Shown here: positions 1-11,667 of the stretch, piece by piece
How positions within the stretch are numbered: position 1 is the stretch's first letter
Layout: the number at the start of each line of letters is the position of its first letter
The notes under the pieces: generated by a model
Told to the model about the DNA's origin: nothing
What the model saw: the letters and a program-made list of their open reading frames with translations, nothing else
The model's database searches: none
DNA from: Octopus sinensis
Taxonomy: Eukaryota
Assembly: GCF_006345805.1 (NCBI RefSeq)
Contig: NC_043005.1
Coordinates: forward strand, 44,826,001 to 44,890,000
Length of the DNA stretch: 64,000 nt
Direction of reading: 5' to 3'
Program-made: the position numbers and the translations under genes

Positions 1-784
1 GATAAGGTACACCAAGCACATGCATCACAACCATATGTGTGCGACATAGTGATCTCTTATCCAAGATAAACAGCACATGACCTTGCAGGTTGGGCCCAGT
101 TTTTTTCGGGTCGAGTAGCCCATCCTGCTAAAAAGGTCCTTGAATAAGGGTTGTTTAAGAATGTTGAACAAGGATTTTTTATAGGCGTAGGAGTTGCTTA
201 CCAACCACATAGTTCTGGGTTCAGTCCCACTGCATGGCACCTTAGGCAAGATTTGTTTTTTCAAGAAGTCTTTGAATTCATTGGATCTAATCTGGCATAT
301 TTTTGGACTGACTACTATTGCATAAATACAGCTTCTCATACTGTACGGGATGTTCCCTTTGATGTGTCAAGGATGGCATGAGTAGAAATTTAAATATTGG
401 TGTGAGTCTGGAGTGAATGTCTAAGAAAGGTAAATCATTATCACTGGCTTCTTACGGATGGATGGAGGGTGTTCAGTATGTTATTGAATATTTGTAGTAC
501 ATCATTTGATTTCTCAAGAAAAAATAAATCAGTCATTGAGGAAGCATTTCCATTTTTCAATTACATTTTTCTTGAAATTTTGGTGAAACATTTTCTCTTA
601 CTCCCATGTAAAGTTTTTCTTTTAAAAGATCCATCACTATGTTAGCATATGAGGGAGAAAATGTTTTCCCCATGGCTATGCCCTTTATTTGTTGCTATGT
701 TTTACTATCAAAGTTAAAAGTATTCTCATTACCAGGCATGTGGCCTTGGTAAAGAAATCTGTGGCAATAAGCATACATACATTT

Positions 785-960
785 ATACATGCATACATAC
801 ATACGGACAGACAGACAGATACACAGGCAGACAGACAGACAGATACATAGGTAGACAGACAGACAGATACATAGGCAGACAGATACATAGGCAGACAGAC
901 AGATACATAGGCAGACAGACAGATACATAGGCAGACAGACAGACAGACAGATAGATAGAG
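785..960. repeat. (GACA)n/GATACATAG compound microsatellite
   Basis: Direct tandem repeats of cagacagacagatacatagg-like units. Confidence 0.9.
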
Positions 961-1359
961 GAAAGATGAAAAGAAGAGGAAAATGTATTGGAAGTCGATT
1001 AGTGGCTGGAATGATATGATACTTAATTTCATTAGAATAAAATTATTAATCAATTTTTTTTAATGGAAATGAGTATCATTTATGAAGCTGTGAGATTGAG
1101 GCAATGTCACACATGAATAGAAGTCATTTTTTCTTTATGTTTACAGGAACTATGGGGGACACTGAATGTTTTTAGAAATTGCGTTCATTTAGAGAGGATT
1201 AATTGTTTTAGATTTATGCAAGTGAGACATGGGCTACTATGGAGAGGACAGAACATTAATAGGCTATGACACCAAAGGACCATGAAATGACCCATGCTAG
1301 GAATATTATTATGAGAAAATATTTGAAATGAAATAATTTGAGAACGGAGTGGAGTGAAC

Positions 1360-1600
1360 AAAATGATCACAGAATACCAAAAGCACAAGTGCCACTGGTC
1401 TGGAGATGTCACAAAATTTACTGACAATAGGTGAACCTGTGCAGTCACCTAGGGGTAACCAAGACAACAGAAAAAGCAAACCATTTGGAGGGCCTCCAAA
1501 ATGATGGGAAGATGATTTAGCTAAGCAATTTGGATCAAGATGCAAAAGAATGGCACAAGTGAGACGGAATTCGAAGCACATTGTGAGCAGCAGTGTATAA
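1360..1600 (+). pseudogene. Decayed 3' fragment of an RTE-like LINE
   Basis: Frames join to HWSGDVTKFTDNR*TCAVT...PFGGPPK*WEDDLAKQFGSRCKRMAQVR, resembling the RTE C-terminal WAGHV.R..DNRWT..V..W.P....R..GRP..RW.D motif; stops and frameshifts present. Confidence 0.55.
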
Positions 1601-1959
1601 CAGCATCTGATGGTCTGATTGATGCTGTGATATTGTGAAGAGAGGATTAATGGAGAGGTCAGAAAAGGAGAAATATACAAAGAATCTTCTGTGAGTGTAG
1701 GGGAGAATGTTATGAAGACATTTGGCCAAAACAGTTACCTAAATGATTATTCTCTCCTAACCCTTGCTCTACAACTTTTCTTCATGCAGGCCTCCTGACT
1801 TATATTCAGATTTTGTTTTGTGTGTGTATGTGTGTGCGTATTTGCTTGTGTGTGAGAGAGAAAGAGAGGGGGTGTGTTTTATTTACATTTTATGTGTATC
1901 CATTTATCCATCCATACATTTATCATCATAATCAGCAACAACATCATTATCATATGTTC

Positions 1960-1982
1960 CTTTTACCATATATGTGTATATA

Positions 1983-2015
<33 letters not shown>

Positions 2016-2018
2016 GTG

Positions 2019-2084
<66 letters not shown>

Positions 2085-2162
2085 ATGTATATATATATAT
2101 ATGAAGATATATATATACATATATATAAAGATATATATATATACATATATATATGCATGCAT

Positions 2163-2207
<45 letters not shown>

Positions 2208-2520
2208 CATATATGTGCATATACAATATACATATGCATGCATAAATGCACATATATCTACATATATATGTATATATATATATATACACTTATATATATA
2301 TGTACACATATATATATATTTATATTTATATATATGTATGTATGTATGTATGTTTGTATGTATGTGTGCATACATGCATACATACCTACACGCACACACA
2401 GTTGTTTACAACTTATTAACAGTGGCTTATGATCTTCACTAGTTTTGAACTGATGACATTCCTGTACAAGAAATGAAAGTGCAAGACTGATTGCTGAACA
2501 CACACACACACACACACTTC
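1960..2520. repeat. (TA)n/(TATG)n/(CA)n microsatellite block
   Basis: Direct observation; it explains the YIYI-type ORFs here. Confidence 0.95.
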
Positions 2521-4349
2521 ACACATTGTCTCTTTTTTTGTTTCTCTCTCTCTTTCTCTACCCATAATTTAACTAGACATTTTTATACAAAATTACTTTA
2601 CAAAGACGTTAAAGATTGTTCCACATTAAACAATTGAAAGAGTTCTTCAGAAATGTTAACCTTGAATGAAAAAGAGGATATCATCAACCTCTATATATAT
2701 GTCAAATATTGGGGAAAAAATATATATATATAAAAACAAACATCTGAAAGAATGGATAAAAAGAATACTGTATCCTTCTTGAATGAATTATATAATTGAC
2801 TTGAAGACTTTGATCTTTTCTTTTTGGTTGAGACTAACATTGCAGAATTTTAATCTTGAGTAAAAGAAAGAAGAAAAATAACCTTTGTTTCGTCTTGTTT
2901 GCAAAACAAAAACAAAATTAGATATTAGCAGTCAATTTTAAACTATCTTTAAAAGAAAGTTTTGTTTTCTTTTTTTACAGACTATTTTAAAAGAAATAGT
3001 TATGAAAACAACAAAAACTTCAGTAGATGGGAACATAAAACTATATGCAGGAAAATGAAGAGGAAAAAAAAATTTGTATGAAATTCTATCTAAAGAACAA
3101 TTTTGTTTAATGGTCCAGAAACATATTTGATCAAAACCTTTTAAAATGATGAAGCAATAATTGTAAAATAACTTTTTTAAAAAATATGGATATGTTAAAA
3201 GATAAAGTGATGAACCTTTACAAAATATTGGTATGAAACACCTTTGAAGTGGTCAATGAAATATCTTCAAAGAATGAAAGGTTTGTGATATCACCCAAAC
3301 CATTAGAAAGTTGACTGGCTTCAGCGGAAACTATTAATTGGGGTCTTATTAAATGAGCTCTGAACTAATTTTTATTTGATAGGTTACGTCCCTCAGTAAA
3401 AATGCCCTTTATTTTGAAACCCTTTCTAGTTACTCATAAATGACATTGTAAATTAAACAATGCACAAATGTTGTTTTACAGAGAGAAAAAAACATTTTTT
3501 TTTAAATTGATAAATTTATAAATTAGCAAATTGTAAAATACTTTTAATATTTTGGAATCTTTTTATAGTTCTGTTTTTATGTTTCTGCTGAAGACAATCA
3601 CAACATATTGAAGTTCTATTTTTCATGTTTCTTTTTTGTTTTCCTTTTTTTTTCTTGTAGTTATTGCCATTGTCACATCCACCACTGCTTCTGTCATCAC
3701 CTCCACCACTGCAATCATCATTATTTTCGTTACTTTTCTCCTTTCACCACTTTTATGTGACAAGAGAGGAAACCTGTAGAGTAGCAAATGTGACAGAGTA
3801 GAAGTGGACTAAATAAATGCGTTATGGGATTTTGTTTCATCTTTCTACATTCCAAGTTCATACCCTTGCATGATTGACTTTCACCTTCCATTCTTCCAGG
3901 TTCAAAAAGTGCCAGACATACACTGCGGTTGATTCAGTCGACTATACTCTCTTCTCCTGTGAGTTGGCATTCGTGTGAGAAATCAATATATAGCTGTAGT
4001 GAGGTCAAAATATGAAGATATTTTTGTTCTTTTACTAACTGTAATAGACTAAAAACATTTCCACTGAATATCTTCAGTCTGCCTCTTTTTATTCTAATAT
4101 AAGTTGGTTAGTCAATTCCTATAGTAGAGAGAACCAACAAAATGTCATAGACCTGCTAACCACAAATGTTTTGAAGAGGCTATAAAAATATTCTAGTTTG
4201 TAAAGTATGAAGTTAAGTAGCTGATACAATATATAATAATATTTCTGTCTTTTGGTACAGTTGCTGAATAGTTAAATATAAAAAAAATGCCATGTTTGAA
4301 ATGTCACAAATGAAATTTGTCATATAGTTAACCAGTAAATAAATCAGAG

Positions 4350-4966
4350 CAGTGGTTCTCAACCATTTTTCACCTTTGTACCTCTTTGGTTCTTATTTTA
4401 CTCAGGTGGACCCTCATAACTATTCAATGTTTAAAAAAAAATCTTATTGCATTTTTATAATTGAATAACTCAGGGACTGTTTTTAAAAAATTTGTTAAAA
4501 TATTTCATGTATTGTAGACATATAAATAACTTATTGCATCTATATACACCTCCACTTAGTGAAGGCACATGGCTCAGTGGTTAGAGCATCAGGCTTACAA
4601 TCATGAGGTAGTGAGTTCGATTCCTGAACCAGGCTCTATTGTGTTCTCGAGCAAAATGCTTTATTTCATGTTGTTCCAGTTCACTCAGCCGTAGAAATGA
4701 GTTGCGACATCACTGGTGCCAAGCTATATCATCCTTTGCATTTCCCTTGGATTACTTCAGTGGCATGGAGAGGGGACGCAGGTATGCACGCATGGAAAAT
4801 TGCTGGTCTTCCAAAAACAACTTTGCCTGGACTCGTGCTTCGGAGGGTAACTTTCTAGGTGCAATCATATTGTCATTTGTGACCAAAGGTGGGAGTCTTT
4901 ACCCTTTATGGACCTCCACTTATATAGACTTCTAAATGTCATATGGATCTTGGTTGAGAAACACTA
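4350..4966. mobile_element. hAT (Charlie-like) MITE with nested SINE
   Basis: Left end cagtggttctcaacc (4350) and right end ggttgagaaacacta (to 4966) are imperfect TIRs; no clean 8-bp TSD. Confidence 0.65.
4561..4911 (+). mobile_element. tRNA-headed SINE (family B)
   Basis: A-box tggctcagtggtt and B-box gagttcgattcc; flanked by candidate TSD acctccactta (4548-4558, 4912-4922); related copies at 43601 and 37596. Confidence 0.85.
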
Positions 4967-5262
4967 AGAGCTAGTAGACTCTGGGTGATTAAAGATTCAA
5001 GGAGTTGTGATTATGTGATTAAGGACTACTGCTCTAGTACTTCAGTAGTTATATGTGAGTGATGAACGCCTGTAACCAAAAGTGGTTAGGTTGTTTGATT
5101 CACAATAGTAAGATCATTAGTTCAATTCCAAACTGAGCAGTAGATTGGATCCTTGAGCAAGAAGCTTCATTTCAAAGTTTTAGTCCACTTAACTGAAAAT
5201 GAGTACCAATAGCAGCTGGGAGTTAACGTTGCAAAAAGATGGGCATCTGTACAGGGTTGTGG

Positions 5263-5520
5263 AGGTGCATGGCTTAGTGGTTAGAGTGTTGGACTCATGA
5301 TTCTAAGATTGTGGTTTTGATTCCCAGATCAGGCAACACATTGTGTTCTTGAGCAAAACACTTCATTTCATGTTGCTCCAGTCCACTCAGCTGGCAAAAA
5401 TGAGTAATCCTGCAACAGACTGACGTCCCATCCAGGTATAGAATATATACACCATGAAACTGTGAAACTGGCCTGTATGAGTTGGCACGGCTCAAGAAAG
5501 TAAATTTACCTTTACCTTTA
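5263..5520 (+). mobile_element. tRNA-headed SINE (family C)
   Basis: ggtgcatggcttagtggttagag head, ctccagtccactcagctggcaaaaatgagt core, (tttacc)n tail; reverse copies at 40925 and 41600. Confidence 0.8.
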
Positions 5521-6179
5521 CCATCCAAGATAGAATCTTATACTCTCCGTCACTTAATGCCTCAGAAATTCAAATAAACTCAAGTCCAATGAGCCTCCAG
5601 GCTTCAGATAGACGGTAAAATTTTTTTTTTTTATGTGAGGTATGTCATGGTTAGGTGATTAAAGATTTACGATGTTGTAAATGAATGGTTAAATATCGAT
5701 TTATGAAAGACATATTTACAATTTACCTCACCATTACTTGCTATAGTCATATTTTCCCCCATCTCTAAACACCTCCCCTCACATTCTCATGGAACACCCC
5801 CCTCTACCCCATCTGCACTACTTAAAATGCTGCCATCACTGTTCACTGTGGGTAGCCTCCAATATATCTCCAACACCATCTATTTCTCTCCCTTCCTGTC
5901 CCCCTCTCTCTCTTTTTCTCTCTCTCTGATTGTCTCTCTACCTACCTCTCTAACTCTCTCCCACCTTCTTTCTATTTCCTTGTTCTGTTAGAGTAGTCAG
6001 GGTATTTCCCCTCTAGTGAGACAACTTTCTCTGTCCTTCTGTCATGCCCCCACTTCTTGCTTGGCTCACAACTACTTTCCTCGGTTCCACCAATTCTCTC
6101 AATTAAGTGGTTTTTATTTTGCAAGTGGCTTGGTGGCCCTATTGATGTTGGTGCCACGTAAAAAATCACCTGTACCAGT

Positions 6180-6400
6180 ACCACTTAAAAAGCACGTGTG
6201 CCTATGCCATGTAAAAAGCACCCAATACACTCTGTAGAGTGTTTGGTGTTAAGGACATCCAACCATAGGAACTCTGCCAAACAGACAATTGGAGCCTGGT
6301 GCAGCTCCCTGGCTTACCAGCTCTTGTCAAACCATCCAACCCATGACAGCATAGAAAATGGGTGTTAAATGCTACTGCTGCTGATGATGATGATGATGTT
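6180..6400 (+). mobile_element. 5'-truncated copy of RTE 3' tail
   Basis: Matches 15430-15615 (aaaaagcaccc...catccaacccatg...(GAT)n). Confidence 0.75.
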
Positions 6401-6480
6401 ACCATTATTTCAATAAAGTGAATATTTGCTTGCTTCATCAAAGAAATAATGCTTTCAACATAACTTCTTCAAAAATGCTT

Positions 6481-6698
6481 ACTCTTTACTCTTTTACTTG
6501 TTTCAGTCATTTGACTATGGCCATGCTGGAGCACTGCCTTTTAGTAGAGCAAATCGACCCCAGGACTTGTTCTTTGTAGGCCTAGTACTTATTCTATTAT
6601 TCTCTTTTGCTGAACCGCTAAGTTACTGGGACGTAAACACACCAGCATCGGTTGTCAAGCAATGTTGGGGGGACAAACACTGACACACAAACATATAC

Positions 6699-6751
<53 letters not shown>

Positions 6752-7480
6752 CATATATATACAGGGTGTCCCAAAAAAATGTACACACAGACTGCAACAG
6801 TCTGTCATGCCAAGCATTAGAGAGGACTTTGAACAGGAAGAGTTTTATTTCCAGCAAGATTGGGCACCTCCACACTACCATCGCGATGTTAGATCCTTTC
6901 TTGATGGGATCTTGCCAAACAGGTGGATTGAACGGAGAGGTTTTGTCGAATATCCTCCACGTTCACCAGACCTCACACCACTAGACTTCTTTTTATGGGG
7001 ATACCTAAAGGACAAAGTCTACGCACAGAAACCTGCAACAGTCGTTCAATTGAGGGCAACCATTGAACATGAATGTACGAATATCCCAAGGGAATTGTTC
7101 CATGATGTGTACCATTCCATCGCTTCGCGTTGTCAGCAGTGTCTGGAGCAGAACAGACATCAGTTTAAGAACATGCGATAACAAGACAATAGAATGATAT
7201 TTGTAAATTATTTTACATGTTGAAAATTATTCGAATTATAATAAACCCCAAATTTACAATTATTTAAGGTGTGTATACATTTTTTTGGGACACCCTGTAT
7301 ATATATACTCATATATACGACGGGATTCTTTCAGTTTCCGTCTACCGAATCCACTCACAAGGCTTTGGTCGGCCTGAGGCAATAGTAGAAGACACTTGCC
7401 CAAGGTGCCACGCAGTGGGACTGGACCCGGAACCATGAGGTTCATAAGCAAGCTACTTAGCACACAGCCACTCCTATGTC
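6481..7480 (-). mobile_element. tRNA-headed SINE (family A) interrupted by a Tc1/mariner derivative
   Basis: 3' half (6481-6700) and head half (7310-7480) are the reverse complement of the full copy at 30412-30826. Confidence 0.85.
6762..7297 (+). mobile_element. Internally deleted IS630-Tc1-mariner element, DD41D (rosa-like) transposase C-terminus
   Basis: TIRs cagggtgtcccaaaaaaatgtacacac / gtgtgtatacatttttttgggacaccctg, TA on both sides; ORF 6807-7181 FQQDWAPPH...YPPRSPDLTPLDFFLWGYLK with 41 residues between the second and third catalytic D. Confidence 0.92.
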
Positions 7481-7579
7481 TATAGTGGACATTTATTTTG
7501 CTGAAACAACAATGGTCATGATATAAGAATAAAAGTCAACCCATTTATAAAATACTCTTGTATTCAACATCTTATTCTA

Positions 7580-7830
7580 ATCATCATCATCATCATCACC
7601 ACCACCACTGCCGCCACCATCACCACCACCACCACCACCACCACTACCACCTAACCTTTGTTTTCCATGCCAGAATGAGTTGGACAGTTTGAAGGAGCTG
7701 GCAAGCCAGAGAACTGCACCAGGCTCCATTGTCTACTTTGGCATGGTTTCTATGGCTGGATACCCTTCCTAACACCAACCACTTTTCCAGAGTGTTAAAT
7801 GCTGCAGCTACTAATGATGATGATGATAAT
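7580..7830 (-). mobile_element. 5'-truncated RTE 3' tail copy with (CAT/CAC)n tail
   Basis: Diverged reverse complement of 15480-15615. Confidence 0.65.
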
Positions 7831-8138
7831 GTTACCATTGTACTGGGTACTTTTTATGTGGTGCCAGCATCAGTAGAGTCATCAGGCATCAAGTAACTTG
7901 CAAGGCAAAGACTCCATAACTGAGAGGGGGAGAACAGTATTGAGGGAGGTAGCATTGTGCAAATTGAGAGTTTAAAGCAGTGTTTTTCACCCTTTTTACC
8001 TTTGTGTAACCTTTAAATTGAATTACATATCTCAAAAAATAAATTACATGCACAAAAACATTTATATACCATATCTTTCTCGTATATTTTCACTGTAGTT
8101 CATGTGGTAAATATCATATATATATATATATAATTAAG

Positions 8139-8283
8139 AAGTTGCTTCACCACATACCAAAAATTTAGAAATAGCAGCCAGTTCTTTTCACTACAGATAT
8201 GACTCCACCGATATCTGTAGTGAAAAGAATTAGCTGTCTTTGGCTGCTATTTCTTAATTTTTTTGTATGTGGTGAAGCAACTT
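8139..8283. repeat. Foldback palindrome (~145 bp)
   Basis: aagttgcttcaccacata...ttttcactacagatat [gactccaccg] atatctgtagtgaaaa...tatgtggtgaagcaactt. Confidence 0.9.
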
Positions 8284-8301
8284 GTTGCTAAACCCTTAAT
8301 T

Positions 8302-11300
8302 CTGTCATTCATATTCATTTTTTAAGCGTTGATTCGTAACCCTAAATCCCGTTTCTCTATTATTTGTTTCGCCATCTTGTATGCATGGCTTCCTGTCTGT
8401 CATGCATTTTAAATTCCTCCTTTAATTTCAGTGTCATCCGTTGTTATTCCATCCCCAGAATTCACTACAATATTCTCCCTCTCTCCTATTTATATTATGT
8501 TTTAATCGAACCCCGAAGTTTCTAGATGTTCAGTAATTTCTGTCGCAGAAAATTCCCTACGTATTAACTAAAACTGTTGTTCAAAGATACCCTAAATTCC
8601 CTACGAAATATTTTCTCTCTCTCTTATTTATATTACATTCTTCTCGACCCCGAAGTTTCTAGATGTTCAGTAATTTCTGTCGCAGAAAATTCCCTACGTA
8701 TTAACTTAAAACCTGTTGTTCAAAGATACCCTAAATTCCCTACGAAATATTTTCTCTCTCTCTTATTTATATTACATTCTTCTCGAACCGAAGTTTCTAG
8801 ATGTTCAGTAATTCTGTCGCAGAAAATTCCCTACGTATTAACTTAAAACCTGTTGTTCAAAGATACCCTAAATTCCCTACGAAATATTTTCTCTCTCTCT
8901 TATTTATATTACATTCTTCTCGAACCCCGAAGTTTCTAGATGTTCAGTAATTCTGTCGCAGAAAATTCCCTACGTATTAACTTAAAACTGTTGTTCAAAG
9001 ATACCCTAAATTCCCTACGAAATATTTTCTCTCTCTCTTATTATATTACATTCTTCTCGAACCCCGAAGTTTCTAGATGTTCAGTAATTTCTGTCGCAGA
9101 AAATTCCCTACGTATTAACTTAAAACCTGTTGTTCAAAGATACCCTAAATTCCCTACGAAATATTTTCTCTCTCTCTTATTTATATTACATTCTTCTCGA
9201 ACCCCGAAGTTTCTAGATGTTCAGTAATTTCTGTCGCAGAAAATTCCCTACGTATTAACTTAAAACCTGTTGTTCAAAGATACCCTAAATTCCCTACGAA
9301 ATATTTTCTCTCTCTCTTATTTATATTACATTCCTCTCGAACCCCGAAGTTTCTAGATGTTCAGTAATTTCTGTCGCAGAAAATTCCCTACGTATTAACT
9401 TAAAACCTGTTGTTCAAAGATACCCTAAATCCCTACGAAATATTTTCTCTCTCTCTATTTATATTACATTCTTCTCGAACCCCGAAGTTTCTAGATGTTC
9501 AGTAATTTCTGTCGCAGAAAATTCCGTACGTATTAACTTAAAACCTGTTGTTCAAAGATACCCTAAATTCCCTACGAAATATTTTCTCTCTCTCTTATTT
9601 ATATTACATTCTTCTCGAACCCCGAAGTTTCTAGATGTTCAGTAATTTCTGTTGCAGAAAATTCCTTACGAATTAAACATGTTGTCCCTTAGCTCTCTCT
9701 CTCTCTCTTCCTTCCCCCCTCTCTCTTTCCTCATGCTTCCACCTGATATTCCCCCCCCAATCCCTAACCCTTTATAAAGCAGTGTTCGATTTATCTCGTC
9801 CTTCTCGATTCTACATCTTGCTGACAAAACACTGACTCGAAAAATGACCAGCTAAGCGAATTTAACTTACAACCTGTCATTCATATTCATTTTTTAAGCG
9901 TTGATTCGTAACCCTAAATCCCGTTTCTCTATTATTTGTTTCGCCATCTTGTATGCATGGCTTCCTGTCTGTCATGCATTTTAAATTCCTCCTTTAATTT
10001 CAGTGTCATCCCGTTGTTATTCCATCCCCAGAATTCACTACAATATTCTCCCTCTCTCCTATTTATATTATGTTTTAATCGAACCCCGAAGTTTCTAGAT
10101 GTTCAGTAATTTCTGTCGCAGAAAATTCCCTACGTATTAACTTAAAACCTGTTGTTCAAAGATACCCTAAATTCCCTACGAAATATTTTCTCTCTCTCTT
10201 ATTTATATTACATTCTTCTCGAACCCCGAAGTTTCTAGATGTTCAGTAATTTCTGTCGCAGAAAATTCCCTACGTATTAACTTAAAACCTGTTGTTCAAA
10301 GATACCCTAAATTCCTACGAAATATTTTCTCTCTCTCTTATTTATATTACATTCTTCTCGAACCCCGAAGTTCTAGATGTTCAGTAATTTCTGTCGCAGA
10401 AAATTCCCTACGTATTAACTTAAAACCTGTTGTTCAAAGATACCCTAAATTCCCTACGAAATATTTTCTCTCTCTCTTATTTATATTACATTCTTCTCGA
10501 ACCCCGAAGTTTCTAGATGTTCAGTAATTTCTGTCGCAGAAAATTCCCTACGTATTAACTTAAAACCTGTTGTTCAAAGATACCCTAAATTCCCTACGAA
10601 ATATTTTCTCTCTCTCTTATTTATATTACATTCCTCTCGAACCCCGAAGTTTCTAGATGTTCAGTAATTTCTGTCGCAGAAAATTCCCTACGTATTAACT
10701 TAAAACCTGTTGTTCAAAGATACCCTAAATTCCCTACGAAATATTTTCTCTCTCTCTTATTTATATTACATTCTTCTCGAACCCCGAAGTTTCTAGATGT
10801 TCAGTAATTTCTGTCGCAGAAAATTCCGTACGTATTAACTTAAAACCTGTTGTTCAAAGATACCCTAAATTCCCTACGAAATATTTTCTCTCTCTCTTAT
10901 TTATATTACATTCTTCTCGAACCCCGAAGTTTCTAGATGTTCAGTAATTTCTGTTGCAGAAAATTCCTTACGAATTAAACATGTTGACCCTTAGCTCTCT
11001 CTCTCTCTCTTCCTTCCCCCCTCTCTCTTTCCTCATGCTTCCACCTGATAATCCCCCCCCCAATCCCTAACCCTTTATAAAGCAGTGTTCGATTTATCTC
11101 GTCCTTCTCGATTCTACATCTTGCTGACAAAACACTGACTCGAAAAATGACCAGCTAAGCGAATTTAACTTACAACCTGTCATTCATATTCATTTTTTAA
11201 GCGTTGATTCGTAACCCTAAATCCCGTTTCTCTATTATTTGTTTCGCCATCTTGTATGCATGGCTTCCTGTCTGTCATGCATTTTAAATTCCTCCTTTAA

Positions 11301-11451
11301 TTTCAGTGTCATCCCGTTGTTATTCCATCCCCAGAATTCACTACAATATTCTCCCTCTCTCCTATTTATATTATGTTTTAATCGAACCCCGAAGTTTCTA
11401 GATGTTCAGTAATTTCTGTCGCAGAAAATTCCCTACGTATTAACTTAAAAC
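8302..11451. repeat. Higher-order tandem repeat: leader + (140-bp unit)n + trailer, ~2.2 copies
   Basis: Leaders at 8302, 9874, 11177; unit starts (cgaaccccgaagtttctag) at 8507, 8645, 8784, 8921, 9058, 9198, 9338, 9476, 9616; 10080, 10220, 10359, 10498, 10638, 10778, 10918; 11383. Confidence 0.95.
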
Positions 11452-11456
11452 CTTGG

Positions 11457-11574
11457 AGGTGACCCCGCCCTCCCACCCGCCTACTAGAACCGGAAGTTTC
11501 TGTTTTCTATCTTTCAGGTGACCCCGCCCTCCCACCCCTCTACCAGAACCGGAAGTTTCTGTTTTCTATCTTTC
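11457..11574. repeat. 59-bp direct repeat x2
   Basis: aggtgaccccgccctcccaccc..gaaccggaagtttctgttttctatctttc at 11457-11515 and 11516-11574. Confidence 0.9.
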
Positions 11575-11667
11575 TTGACCCCCCCCCGCACCCCTATGTA
11601 GGGTTTATTGTGATCATATAGCGCAAAAACTTTGAAATTTATGCAGGTTGTAGTCTAGAGTCTCAGT

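Noticed and set aside
2442-2487. Plus-strand hammerhead remnant
   Set aside because: CUGAUGA and weak stems I/II are present, but stem III and the cleavage triplet are missing; kept only as a decayed candidate.
1813-2515. Long ORFs rich in YI/CV/HT (also 26.5, 31.5, 32.5, 51, 54, 59-60 kb)
   Set aside because: They are translations of dinucleotide microsatellites that lack stop codons.
2600-3450. AT-rich tract with coding-like composition
   Set aside because: All frames are closed by frequent stops and no motif was recognised.
4051-4080. Minus-strand CUGAAGA...GAAAU-GUU
   Set aside because: Stem II is essentially unpaired; too degenerate to call.
4569-4625. tRNA gene-like A/B boxes (also in other SINE heads)
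   Set aside because: No cloverleaf or acceptor stem; each continues into a SINE body.
8507-10975. CRISPR-like leader plus repeats
   Set aside because: Units are contiguous 140-bp near-identical repeats with no unique spacers and no cas genes, in a eukaryotic context.
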